Position numbers and translations under genes: made by a program. This document shows, in pieces, positions 8,192 to 16,755 of a stretch of 20,000 bases of DNA. The stretch lies in the sequence record SRR2962707_1184; one strand, 5' to 3'. Position 1 is the first letter of the stretch; each line of letters begins with the position of its first letter. A model generated the notes under the pieces. It searched no databases, was not told where the DNA came from, and saw only the letters and a program-made list of their open reading frames with translations.

Positions 8192-9403
8192 ATGGGACTG
8201 ACTGATTTCTCAAGCCACAAAGCCTTGCTCATAGAAGACATGGCCGAAGCCAGAATAATGCAAAAAAAGATGCTAACCGACTTTGGTTTCCAATCGATTG
8301 ATATCGCCATGAAAGCGGAAACGGCTATCGATCTACTTAAAACACAATCTTTTGACCTTATTCTATCGGATTACAATCTAGGCAATGGCAAAGATGGTCA
8401 GCAGCTACTTGAAGAAGTACGACATTCCAAACTTATCCCAAATACCGCAACGTATTTAATGGTTACCGCCGAAACCTCGATTGAAATGGTGATGGGTGCG
8501 ATTGAATTTCAGCCGGATGGTTACATCACCAAACCTTTTTCACAAGCGCTATTACAACGCCGACTTGGAAAGCTTTTAGAAATGAAAGCCAAACTAAAAC
8601 AGGTCAATATTGCACTTGATAAAAAAGACTTCCCTAAAGCCATCGAAGAAGCCTATAAGGTCATCGAAGCGCACCCTTCTCTAGAAGGAAAATGCCATCG
8701 AGTCATCGGTGAATGCTACTTAGAGATGAAAGAATACCGACAAGCAAAAGAGATTTTTGCGAGCGTGTTAAAAAATCGAAAAATGCCTTGGGCAGTCTTC
8801 GGTGAAGCCAGAGCCTGCTTCTACCTTAATCAACTAGAGCAATCTGAAAGCAAGTTCCGTCAATTAATGCTCGACAACCGTTTCTTTGTCAGCGCTTATG
8901 ATTGGTTGGCCAAGATTAAAATTGCACAAAAAGACAATGCGGCAGCACAAGCCATTTTAATTGACGCGATTGAACGCTCGCCAAAAAACCTATTACGTCA
9001 GATGGAGCTGGGCAAACTCAGTTTAATCATTAAGGACTACAATATCGCGGAATTGGCGTTTAGACGCGCGGTATCGCTGGCCAAACACTCTTGCTATAAC
9101 ACGGCTGAGATATATTTAAATCATCTCTCTACTTTCGCCAAACTGTCAGAAGAAGCCCCTCTTTCATCACGCCAGAAAGAAACGTTTCAGTCTACATTGA
9201 AAAAAATACACCAATTGTTTTTTGATGACCCTGCGGTGAGAGCACAAACTTACTCCTATGAGACTGATATTTACCTTAACAGCAAAGACCCCAACAATGC
9301 GAAGAACACTCTTCAGCTATGGATTCGTGATGTGGAAACAGGCATAGCACTGGCTCCGACCAATCAGCAAAACACCCACTATAAACTCGTTCTTGAAGGT
9401 TAA
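8192..9403 (+). CDS. Response regulator with N-terminal receiver domain and TPR-like helical repeats (copy 1)
   Basis: REC motifs LLIED, DLILSD(60)Y, MVTAE and YITKPF. These are followed by TPR-like helices (GECYL..KEY.QA, WAVFGEARA, AYDWLAK, SPKN..RQ..LG). No recognisable DNA-binding domain. Confidence 0.85.
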   Translation: MGLTDFSSHKALLIEDMAEARIMQKKMLTDFGFQSIDIAMKAETAIDLLKTQSFDLILSDYNLGNGKDGQQLLEEVRHSKLIPNTATYLMVTAETSIEMVMGAIEFQPDGYITKPFSQALLQRRLGKLLEMKAKLKQVNIALDKKDFPKAIEEAYKVIEAHPSLEGKCHRVIGECYLEMKEYRQAKEIFASVLKNRKMPWAVFGEARACFYLNQLEQSESKFRQLMLDNRFFVSAYDWLAKIKIAQKDNAAAQAILIDAIERSPKNLLRQMELGKLSLIIKDYNIAELAFRRAVSLAKHSCYNTAEIYLNHLSTFAKLSEEAPLSSRQKETFQSTLKKIHQLFFDDPAVRAQTYSYETDIYLNSKDPNNAKNTLQLWIRDVETGIALAPTNQQNTHYKLVLEG

Positions 9404-9405
9404 TC

Positions 9406-10062
9406 ATGAAAAAGATGGACATAAGCACAATTCTTGCCAGCGCCATACATGAAAGCAAAAACCAAGTAGGCACTCTTCTTTATCAACTGCAAGGCCTCAA
9501 GGAAACGCTACCAAGCAATAATGCTAACGAATCTAAAGTCACCATGATTGAAGAGTCGCTAAAAAAGCTAAACGACGAATGGGTGGAATATCTTTATCTC
9601 TACAGACTCGCATCTAATGGTTATGAGCTGCACGTAGACACTTTTTTACTGGATGAGTTTTTAGACGACCAAGTGTTCGCATTATTAGCGTCCGCTAATG
9701 CCAAACACCTTGATCTAAGCTATCACTGTGAAAAGAGTCTAACCGGTACTTTCGATGAACGCTTAATGACCGCGGTCGTGGGAACCGCTGTCTACAATGC
9801 ACTGCGCTTCGCGAAATCCAAAATTGAAATCCACGCCAGCATCGAAAAAAACTTTTTGGTGATCAGCGTTGAAGACGATGGCCAAGGCTTTAAAGGCACA
9901 CCAGAAGACGAAGATACCCTGAACTCCAACACGGGATTGGGGCTTTATTTTGCCCAGCTGTCTGCCAACGCTCATGTGTGCAATGAGGCAGAGGGTTATA
10001 TCAAAAAAGAGCAATCCACATCATTAGGCGGTGCAAAACTCGCGATTTATCTGCCTCAATAA
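9406..10062 (+). CDS. Small cytoplasmic histidine kinase with no sensor or TM domain (copy 1)
   Basis: H-box ASAIH(15)ESKN at the N-terminus, N-box YNALRF, G1 VEDDGQGF, G2 TGLGLYF and G3 LGGA...LP. 218 aa. Confidence 0.85.
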   Translation: MKKMDISTILASAIHESKNQVGTLLYQLQGLKETLPSNNANESKVTMIEESLKKLNDEWVEYLYLYRLASNGYELHVDTFLLDEFLDDQVFALLASANAKHLDLSYHCEKSLTGTFDERLMTAVVGTAVYNALRFAKSKIEIHASIEKNFLVISVEDDGQGFKGTPEDEDTLNSNTGLGLYFAQLSANAHVCNEAEGYIKKEQSTSLGGAKLAIYLPQ

Positions 10063-10101
10063 ATCGCTTTCATCGGCTGTCTTATGGGCTTTTAGCGCCT
10101 G

Positions 10102-10791
10102 TTAAGGGAGAAAAATTTCAAATCGACTACCGCCTAGCACTGACTCATTATTCAAATGAACCCAGCCACGCTGTTCACGGTTTTGATGCATGTTGGCAAC
10201 CAGGTAACAATAATACCAACCCAGCATCTGATTGGTTAATCCCGAGAAATCTTGCTGTTCTATTATTTCTGAGAAGTGCTGAAGACGCTCTTCTGGATAC
10301 CCCCTGCCGTTATCATCAATGATGATTTTGGTGCCATCTTCGGTTTTCTGTAAATCAATTTGAATAACGCCGTCGCTATAGCGGATGGCATTAACAATGG
10401 CGATGTCCAAAATATGGCTGACCAAATTGATGTCCACATAGCCACTAATGTCATCATTGGCAATGACCTTGATCGTGACCCCAACGCGGCGACAGAGAAC
10501 GTCATGAGAAATCACTTGCTCCTCAATAAGCTCTAATAAGTAGGCATCAGTCAATCGAAAGGTGAGTTCATTTTTTTCGAGCAGATACAAGTTATGCAAT
10601 TGCTCTATACCATTCTGCATACGACTAATTTCATAGTGAATAGAGGTTAAATCTGTCTCTTCTGGCGTCTTGGAGGATGAGCCCAACGGCATTTTCTCCA
10701 ACGTATGCTGTAATAAATTCACAGATTGTTTCATGTCATTCATAGAGGCTATCATGACATGATGAAATTCATTTTTTATCGAGTCTCTCAT
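10102..10791 (-). CDS. Histidine-kinase-like HATPase protein lacking the H-box His (putative pseudokinase, copy 2)
   Basis: N-box VNAIRY, G1 IDDNGRGY and G3 LGGSRFEIFLP are present. The H-box reads ASMN(18)DMKQ and G2 reads QMLGWYY. ATGA overlap with the upstream regulator. Confidence 0.8.
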   Translation of the reverse strand: MRDSIKNEFHHVMIASMNDMKQSVNLLQHTLEKMPLGSSSKTPEETDLTSIHYEISRMQNGIEQLHNLYLLEKNELTFRLTDAYLLELIEEQVISHDVLCRRVGVTIKVIANDDISGYVDINLVSHILDIAIVNAIRYSDGVIQIDLQKTEDGTKIIIDDNGRGYPEERLQHFSEIIEQQDFSGLTNQMLGWYYCYLVANMHQNREQRGWVHLNNESVLGGSRFEIFLP

Positions 10792-12464
10792 GCTGAATCC
10801 TGAGGGTTATATTTTGTAATAAATGTTTTAAGCGTTTGGAGACGAGAGAACTGTTTATGATTCTCTCCCACATGATTCAACCGTTGAAAGGCTTGATGAC
10901 ATCGCTCTAATAGCCTGTCACTACCTTGATCCGCTGCCATTTTTTTAATCACTGTTTGCACCAAGTTTAAATTAAGACCTGGGTGGTTAGGAGAGATTAA
11001 GAGTGCCTCTTCAAACACGGCAAGGGCCTCATCGTACTCTTGTTTCGCATAGTGATTTAACGCCTTAAAATTGAGCGCTTTAGTTTTTGCTCGAGCCCCC
11101 ATAGGAAGCGGCTCATCAATAAAGTCCAAAATAGCCTGCTCTTGCTCTGACGATAGCTGTTGAACAGTGCCTTCAGATTGCCATTGGGCATTTGCCTCTT
11201 CTTTCTTGCCTGCCAAGTAAAGTGTTTTACCTAATTGAACCGAAATGTCAGGCGTTTTTAATTCAGGGGCTTCTTCGATCATTTTAATCGCGGCGTCTAA
11301 GCTTGCTAGCGCCTGCTTAGCATGACCTTGAATGCTGTATAATCGGCTTTCACAAAGGGCTTTTTTGAGACGCACATCATGTTGATCTGAATACTTTTTA
11401 GAGACTCTATTAAGAACCAGCAACGCATCGTCGGTCATTTTTTTACGCTCTCGACCTTCTAGCTCGACCGATGCCTCAGACAACAAATCAGCCAACTGGA
11501 AATATTGCTCTGGTGATTCATTAATCGTGTTCGCCGTCAGCTTCAATGCCAGATTACTGGCCTTGACCGCACTGTGAACATCACCATTCTCGCAACTCAA
11601 CTCCATCATCTTTTTTTGTCGCAGCGCCACCAAGGGAGACAGTTTGACGCTTTCCTCTAGCGCTTGCTGAGCTTGACTAAAGCGCCCTTTTTTCTCAAAG
11701 CAAAAGGCCAACAAATCGTACCCTGTGGTACTCTGTGGAAAGCTTTTTAATGTTGACTCTAAGCACTGAATCGCAGTATCCCAATCATGGCGACCAATAT
11801 GCATTTTGGCCATGCCTAGCATCGCCCAGTCAATATCGCGAGATTCTAACTCAGTGCTACAAAGTTGCGTCAGCGCTTGCCAAGATTCTGTGGCCAAGAA
11901 AGCATCCACCAAGGCTTTTTTACACCAAATAGAGTAGCGACCTTGGCCCGCAATATGTTCCTCACATAACCGTTGCAACTGAGGGTAGTCTTTCTTTGCT
12001 TGAGCTTCTTTCATGTTCGCAAGCGCCTCATTTTGCGCAAACAAACGCTCTAACCTTTTGCTTAACACTCCCTGAGTAAATGGCTTACCAAGGTACTCAT
12101 CAGGGTGTGACTCCATAATGCCAAATACCACATCGCGACTTGTTTCTGCGGAAATCACAATGAAAATAGCATCACTTTTTAATAATTTAAGTTGCCGTAA
12201 TTCTTCTAAAACTTGCTGGCCGTTTTTGCCATGGCCTAACCGGAAATCACACAATACCAAGTCATATTTTCGCGCACGGCACGCCTCAATCACCCCTTTC
12301 CCTGTGGAAGTTTGGTCGACTAAGGCGAAGCCAAGCGCCACCAGCATCTGCCGAATGGATTGTCGGGAGTTTTCAAACTCATCCGCCACCAGCGCAGAAT
12401 AGCTCCCATAGGAAAGAGCGTTTTTAATGGGCCCAGATCGTATCCGTGTATTTATGTCTACCAT
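10788..12464 (-). CDS. Response regulator with N-terminal receiver domain and extended TPR region (copy 2)
   Basis: REC motifs LVADE, DLVLCD(73)F, VISAE and YLGKPF. TPRs include WAMLGMAK, GYDLLAF...GRFSQAQQALEE..KLSP and the C-terminal YDEALAVFEEALLISPNH. Clearly homologous to 8192..9403. Confidence 0.87.
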   Translation of the reverse strand: MVDINTRIRSGPIKNALSYGSYSALVADEFENSRQSIRQMLVALGFALVDQTSTGKGVIEACRARKYDLVLCDFRLGHGKNGQQVLEELRQLKLLKSDAIFIVISAETSRDVVFGIMESHPDEYLGKPFTQGVLSKRLERLFAQNEALANMKEAQAKKDYPQLQRLCEEHIAGQGRYSIWCKKALVDAFLATESWQALTQLCSTELESRDIDWAMLGMAKMHIGRHDWDTAIQCLESTLKSFPQSTTGYDLLAFCFEKKGRFSQAQQALEESVKLSPLVALRQKKMMELSCENGDVHSAVKASNLALKLTANTINESPEQYFQLADLLSEASVELEGRERKKMTDDALLVLNRVSKKYSDQHDVRLKKALCESRLYSIQGHAKQALASLDAAIKMIEEAPELKTPDISVQLGKTLYLAGKKEEANAQWQSEGTVQQLSSEQEQAILDFIDEPLPMGARAKTKALNFKALNHYAKQEYDEALAVFEEALLISPNHPGLNLNLVQTVIKKMAADQGSDRLLERCHQAFQRLNHVGENHKQFSRLQTLKTFITKYNPQDSA

Positions 12465-12474
12465 AGTCTCTCTT

Positions 12475-13095
12475 TTAGTTTGTTGATTTCAGATGACTGA
12501 CTAATAACTGCCCAGCGTCTTTAATATGCTTTTTTAGCAGTGATAATGCCGACGAGTGATCACCCGACTCAATCAATCCAAGTAATACTGCATGCTCTTT
12601 TTGACTGTGGTCTTTGTAGTTCATTGGCCCATATTGGAAGCCCAAATAACGGCTGGCTTGCTGATTTAGGGAACACACTGTCTTGTATAAGGTTGGTCTA
12701 TTAGCTGGAAAATACAAGATCTTATGGAACGCCCAGTTTAATTCCCCTTTTTCCAGTAAGGTGAGTCGGGCGTTATCCAATAACCCTAAGGTGGCTTTGG
12801 CGCGCCCAATATCATCCGCTTGAATACCCTCAAACGCATAAGAAAAAAGTCTGGGCTCAAGGTCTGCACGCATCAAATAAAGATCTTCTGCTTCTTGCCA
12901 GTTCAGATCTGGGATAATGTGCCCAGCTTTACCATGAGGAACCAACCAGCCCTCTGCTTTCAATAGCAAAAGCGCATCACGAACTGGAATGCGACTCACT
13001 CCATAACGATCAGATAATTCCACTTGCCTTAATGGACGACCAACGGGCAATCGGTTGTTTAATATATCGTCCTTTATTTTTTGATACAGTAGCAT
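12475..13095 (-). CDS. GntR-family (FCD domain) transcriptional regulator
   Basis: wHTH LYQKIKDDI...LRQVELSDRYGVSRIPVRDAL..L.AEG. FCD motifs LY.MRA.LE, NWAFH and SQKEH. Confidence 0.92.
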   Translation of the reverse strand: MLLYQKIKDDILNNRLPVGRPLRQVELSDRYGVSRIPVRDALLLLKAEGWLVPHGKAGHIIPDLNWQEAEDLYLMRADLEPRLFSYAFEGIQADDIGRAKATLGLLDNARLTLLEKGELNWAFHKILYFPANRPTLYKTVCSLNQQASRYLGFQYGPMNYKDHSQKEHAVLLGLIESGDHSSALSLLKKHIKDAGQLLVSHLKSTN

Positions 13096-13106
13096 TGGCT
13101 CAACCT

Positions 13107-14279
13107 CTAGTTACTTTTTGTAAGTTTGGCTGCTAACAAGAAGACACTACCCAATACAATCCCCCAAAAAGCAGACGCAATTCCCGCAAAAGATACGCCA
13201 GAGACGGTTACTAAAAAGGTAACTAAGGCCGCTTCACGGTACTGATCATTAGACACCGCACTTTTTAAATTCATACCTATGGTCCCTAATAAAGCAATGC
13301 CCGCCAATGCCGCTATCATGCTTTTTGGAAACACTGAAAACAGAGCAACCACCGAGGTACCGGCTAATCCAGCAAGCAGATAAAAAAACCCTGCAGATAA
13401 ACCCGCAATATAACGTCGCTTAGGGTCCCGATGGCACTCATCGCCCGAGCAAATCGCCGCGGTGATGGCGGCCAAATTAAACGCAAAGCCACCCAAAGGC
13501 GCCAACACAACAGAAGCAAGCCCTGTCCAGCTGATCAAGGGAGACACTGGTGTGTGGTATTGACTGCTGCGCATAACCGCAACACCGGGGATATTTTGTG
13601 AGGTCATAGTGACGATAAACAGAGGAATACCAATGCCAATCAAAGCATTCACATTCCACTCAGGCCACACCCATACAAATTGACCTACAGACAGCGGAAT
13701 ATGGCTCAACATAGCATCATCCGAACGTACGACGCTCAAAATAACACCGACCATAAACACAATCAAAATCACGTAACGAGGCAAAAAATACTTAACCACC
13801 AAATACGTCACCAACATGGCCGCCACTAAAAATGTGTCTGTTTTTAACGACTCAAAAATCCCCAAACCGAACTTAAACAGCACCCCTGCCAACATCGCAC
13901 AAGCAATGGGCAAAGGCACTAACCGCATTAATCGATCAAATAAACCTGTGACGCCAGTAAGCAGCGTTAAGGCGCCGGCAAAGATAAACACGCCAATAGA
14001 CTCTGCGTATGTGATCTGCCCCAAACTGGTTGCCAATAACGCGGCCCCAGGCGTAGACCAAGCCGTAATAACCGGGGCTTTGTACCACAAGGAAAGAAAG
14101 AAACAGCTCGCCCCCATGCCAAGCCCTAAGGCCATGATCCAAGAAACAATTGTGTGTGAATCTGCCCCCGACGCCTGAGCAGCTTGAAAAACAATGGCAA
14201 CAGAACTCGCAAAGCCAACCAATACCGCAATAAAACCAGCCACCACGGCACTAAGACTTATATCTTTGAATACAGACAA
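13107..14279 (-). CDS. benE: BenE/YdcO-family benzoate:H+ symporter-like membrane protein
   Basis: Polytopic membrane protein with AWSTPGAALL, PLFIVTMTSQNIPG, NLAAITAAIC and ALAGIAL. TTG start preceded by a GGAGA RBS. The actual substrate cannot be determined from sequence. Confidence 0.88.
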   Translation of the reverse strand: MSVFKDISLSAVVAGFIAVLVGFASSVAIVFQAAQASGADSHTIVSWIMALGLGMGASCFFLSLWYKAPVITAWSTPGAALLATSLGQITYAESIGVFIFAGALTLLTGVTGLFDRLMRLVPLPIACAMLAGVLFKFGLGIFESLKTDTFLVAAMLVTYLVVKYFLPRYVILIVFMVGVILSVVRSDDAMLSHIPLSVGQFVWVWPEWNVNALIGIGIPLFIVTMTSQNIPGVAVMRSSQYHTPVSPLISWTGLASVVLAPLGGFAFNLAAITAAICSGDECHRDPKRRYIAGLSAGFFYLLAGLAGTSVVALFSVFPKSMIAALAGIALLGTIGMNLKSAVSNDQYREAALVTFLVTVSGVSFAGIASAFWGIVLGSVFLLAAKLTKSN

Positions 14280-14319
14280 CGCTTATCTCCCCAATCTAGG
14301 TTTTCATTAGCACCACTAT

Positions 14320-14562
14320 ATTTCAAAAAATATATTTTTGTATACATTTTTAACAAATCGGCCTAAAAACAAAAAAACCGTCACCATGCTTTGCAGGATA
14401 ATTTCAAAAAAAATATTTTCGTATACATTTTTAACTAATCGGCCCAAAAACAAAAAAGCCGTCACCATGCTTTGCAGGATAATTTTAAAAAATATATTTT
14501 TGTATACGTTTTTAACGAATCTGCCCCAAAACAAAAAAGCCGTCACCATGCTTTGCATGATA
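14320..14562. repeat. Tandem direct repeat, 3 x 81 bp
   Basis: Units 14320-14400, 14401-14481 and 14482-14562 align without gaps. By hand count unit 2 has 5 and unit 3 has 8 mismatches to unit 1. Confidence 0.97.
14329..14356 (-). promoter_or_regulatory. Putative sigma70 promoter with GntR-type operator for the benE-gntR unit
   Basis: Minus strand TTGTTA-N16-TATATT, with the palindrome TGTATACA (14339-14346) in the spacer. It resembles GntR-family GT-N-AC operators. Confidence 0.55.
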
Positions 14563-14571
14563 AACGGCTTT
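14533..14571 (-). terminator. Rho-independent terminator of the ehu operon
   Basis: Minus strand AAAGCCGT-TT-ATCATGC-AAA-GCATGGT-G-ACGGCTTTTTT, about 60 nt downstream of the ehuA stop. Confidence 0.75.
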
Positions 14572-14633
14572 GCGGTGGTCCACTTTTGTTGGCGATAACA
14601 CCCAGTATTGCTTTGCTTTTTATTAGGCTTCTT

Positions 14634-15407
14634 TTATTGACCTAGGTAAGCATTCAAAAATGCTTTGGTTCGCGTTTCTTTAGGGTCTGTAAAAATTGCT
14701 TCCGGCTTGCCTTCTTCCACAATATTCCCGTTATCAAAAAAGCACACCCGATCACTGATTTCGCGAGCAAAATACATTTCATGGGTCACCAAGAGCATAG
14801 TGAAGCTTTGCTCTTTGGCTAAGTTTCTAATCACATCCAGCACTTCATCCACTAACTCTGGGTCTAAGGCCGATGTGATCTCATCCAATAATAAAATAGA
14901 AGGACGCATGGCCAGTGCCCTAGCAATACCAACACGTTGTTTTTGGCCTCCCGATAAGTCATTTGGGTAACTGTCTGCCTTATCTGATAAGCCCACTAAC
15001 TCCAATAGCTCTTCTGCAGATTTTTCCGCCTCTTGTCGAGACAAACCCTTAACTCGCATCGGTGCTTCGGTGATATTGCGCTTTACCGTCATATGAGGAA
15101 ATAAGTTAAAATGCTGAAACACCATACCTAACTGATCACGCATTTTATGCAAATGCTTGTTAGAAGCCGGCACATAGGCTCCATTCCACAACATATGCCA
15201 CAACGACTCCCCTCCAACATTAATGTAACCACCATCAATCCCTTCAAGAGTCATCAAAATCCTCAGCAAAGTACTCTTTCCTGATCCACTGGGGCCAATG
15301 ATGGAGACAATTTCATTCTCTTCAACACGAAAATTAAAACCGTCGAAAATGGTGGTGTCACCAAACTTCTTTTGTACATTTTTAAATTCAATAATAGGCT
15401 GACTCAT
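14634..15407 (-). CDS. ehuA: Ectoine/hydroxyectoine (polar amino acid) ABC transporter ATP-binding protein
   Basis: [52 protein letters not shown] and VTHEM. The LMTLE segment and the insertion after it are EhuA-like. Confidence 0.85.
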   Translation of the reverse strand: MSQPIIEFKNVQKKFGDTTIFDGFNFRVEENEIVSIIGPSGSGKSTLLRILMTLEGIDGGYINVGGESLWHMLWNGAYVPASNKHLHKMRDQLGMVFQHFNLFPHMTVKRNITEAPMRVKGLSRQEAEKSAEELLELVGLSDKADSYPNDLSGGQKQRVGIARALAMRPSILLLDEITSALDPELVDEVLDVIRNLAKEQSFTMLLVTHEMYFAREISDRVCFFDNGNIVEEGKPEAIFTDPKETRTKAFLNAYLGQ

Positions 15408-16081
15408 CGCAAGTTAAATCCTTCTTTTGGAAAACGCCTTTCAATGTGATGGATACTGTAGGCCGCCAACAAACTGAAACATAAGTACAAAACCCCAACT
15501 AGGGTAAAAGGCTCTAGGTAGCGGAAATTTTCAGAACCGATAATTTTAGCCACCTGCAGCATTTCCAATAATGTAATGGCCGATAACTGTGGGGTTTCCT
15601 TAAACATGGCAATAATGTAATTGCCCGTGGCGGGGATCATAGGGCGAATTGCTTGGGGTAAAATGATGTCTTTATAAGTGTCTAGCGTGGTTAGATTCAG
15701 CGCTCGTGAAGCCTCCCATTGGCCTTTATCTACGCCTTCAATTCCGCTGCGAAACACCTCAGACAAGTAGGCTCCATAGTGCACACCAAGGGCGATTACC
15801 CCGGTCACTAAGGGCGACATACTGATGCCAAACTCAGGCATGACGTAATACAAAAAGAATATCTGAATGAGCAAAGGAGTACTGCGGATAAACTCCATCA
15901 ACCAATACACGACAATGCGTATTAGTTTGCTCGGACCACGCCTTAATAGGGCAAAAATCAAGCCCACTGTGACCGCCAATAAACTGCCTAATAAAGTGGC
16001 TAACAAGGTTACTTTTGCCGCCGATAATATCATTGGTAAGACTTGCCAAACAAAAGCCCAATCCCAGGTAAGTTCAATCAT
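15404..16081 (-). CDS. ehuD: Ectoine/hydroxyectoine ABC transporter permease
   Basis: N-terminal [19 protein letters not shown] loop [17 protein letters not shown] and MFKETP. Confidence 0.85.
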   Translation of the reverse strand: MIELTWDWAFVWQVLPMILSAAKVTLLATLLGSLLAVTVGLIFALLRRGPSKLIRIVVYWLMEFIRSTPLLIQIFFLYYVMPEFGISMSPLVTGVIALGVHYGAYLSEVFRSGIEGVDKGQWEASRALNLTTLDTYKDIILPQAIRPMIPATGNYIIAMFKETPQLSAITLLEMLQVAKIIGSENFRYLEPFTLVGVLYLCFSLLAAYSIHHIERRFPKEGFNLR

Positions 16082-16740
16082 TAGTTCACCCCTCCGCGGC
16101 CTAAACCTCTGCTTAGACGCTTTTCAAGATAGCGAAAAAATAGGGATAAACACTGAGCCATAGCGAAATATAACACCAACACAACGCCAAAAATCTCACC
16201 CACTTGCAATGTCATGTCAGCCAATGATTTGGCCTTAAAGGTTAGATCTGCGATTGTGATCAGAGAGACGAGCGAAGTGGCTTTGACCAATTCAATAGAC
16301 AAATTGCCAAAGGGAGGAATCATATTAACGAGAGCTTGCGGCAAAATAATATGCACTAAGCGCTGCGATGCTGAAAAATTCAATGCGACCGACGCCTCAT
16401 ACTGCCCTTTAGGTACTGCCTGAATCGCACCCCGAACCACTTCTGTGCCATAAGCGCCTATGTTTAAACCAAGCGCAAGGACACCGGCGGTTAAAGCATC
16501 AATTGAAACGCCAAAGAAAGGCAGCACAAAATAAATCCAATACAACTGAATCAACGCAGAAGTGCCACGAAAAAATTCTATGTATACAATAGCCAACTGT
16601 TTAAAAGGAGCCGGGGCATAGAGTCTAATCAAGCCAAAAACAAACGCCATCAAAGCCGCCAGCGGCAGAGCCATGGCCACGATCTGAATCGTGACCACGG
16701 CTCCCTGGAGTAGTACGGAGACAATTTCTCCAAGTTCCAT
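16081..16740 (-). CDS. ehuC: Ectoine/hydroxyectoine ABC transporter permease
   Basis: YIEFFRGTS, LNIGAYGTEVVRGAIQAVPKGQYEA and PPFGNLSIELVKATSLVSLI. Confidence 0.85.
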   Translation of the reverse strand: MELGEIVSVLLQGAVVTIQIVAMALPLAALMAFVFGLIRLYAPAPFKQLAIVYIEFFRGTSALIQLYWIYFVLPFFGVSIDALTAGVLALGLNIGAYGTEVVRGAIQAVPKGQYEASVALNFSASQRLVHIILPQALVNMIPPFGNLSIELVKATSLVSLITIADLTFKAKSLADMTLQVGEIFGVVLVLYFAMAQCLSLFFRYLEKRLSRGLGRGGVN

Positions 16741-16755
16741 TGCAACAACTCCCTA

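Noticed and set aside
14320-14562. CRISPR array interpretation of the repeat
   Set aside because: The units are contiguous and similar along their whole 81 bp, with no unique spacers and no cas genes in the window.
14316-14598. ORFs 14316..14558 (-) and 14338..14598 (+) with 27-aa periodicity
   Set aside because: They are by-products of an 81-bp (multiple of 3) AT-rich repeat, have no convincing RBS, and overlap promoter and terminator signals.
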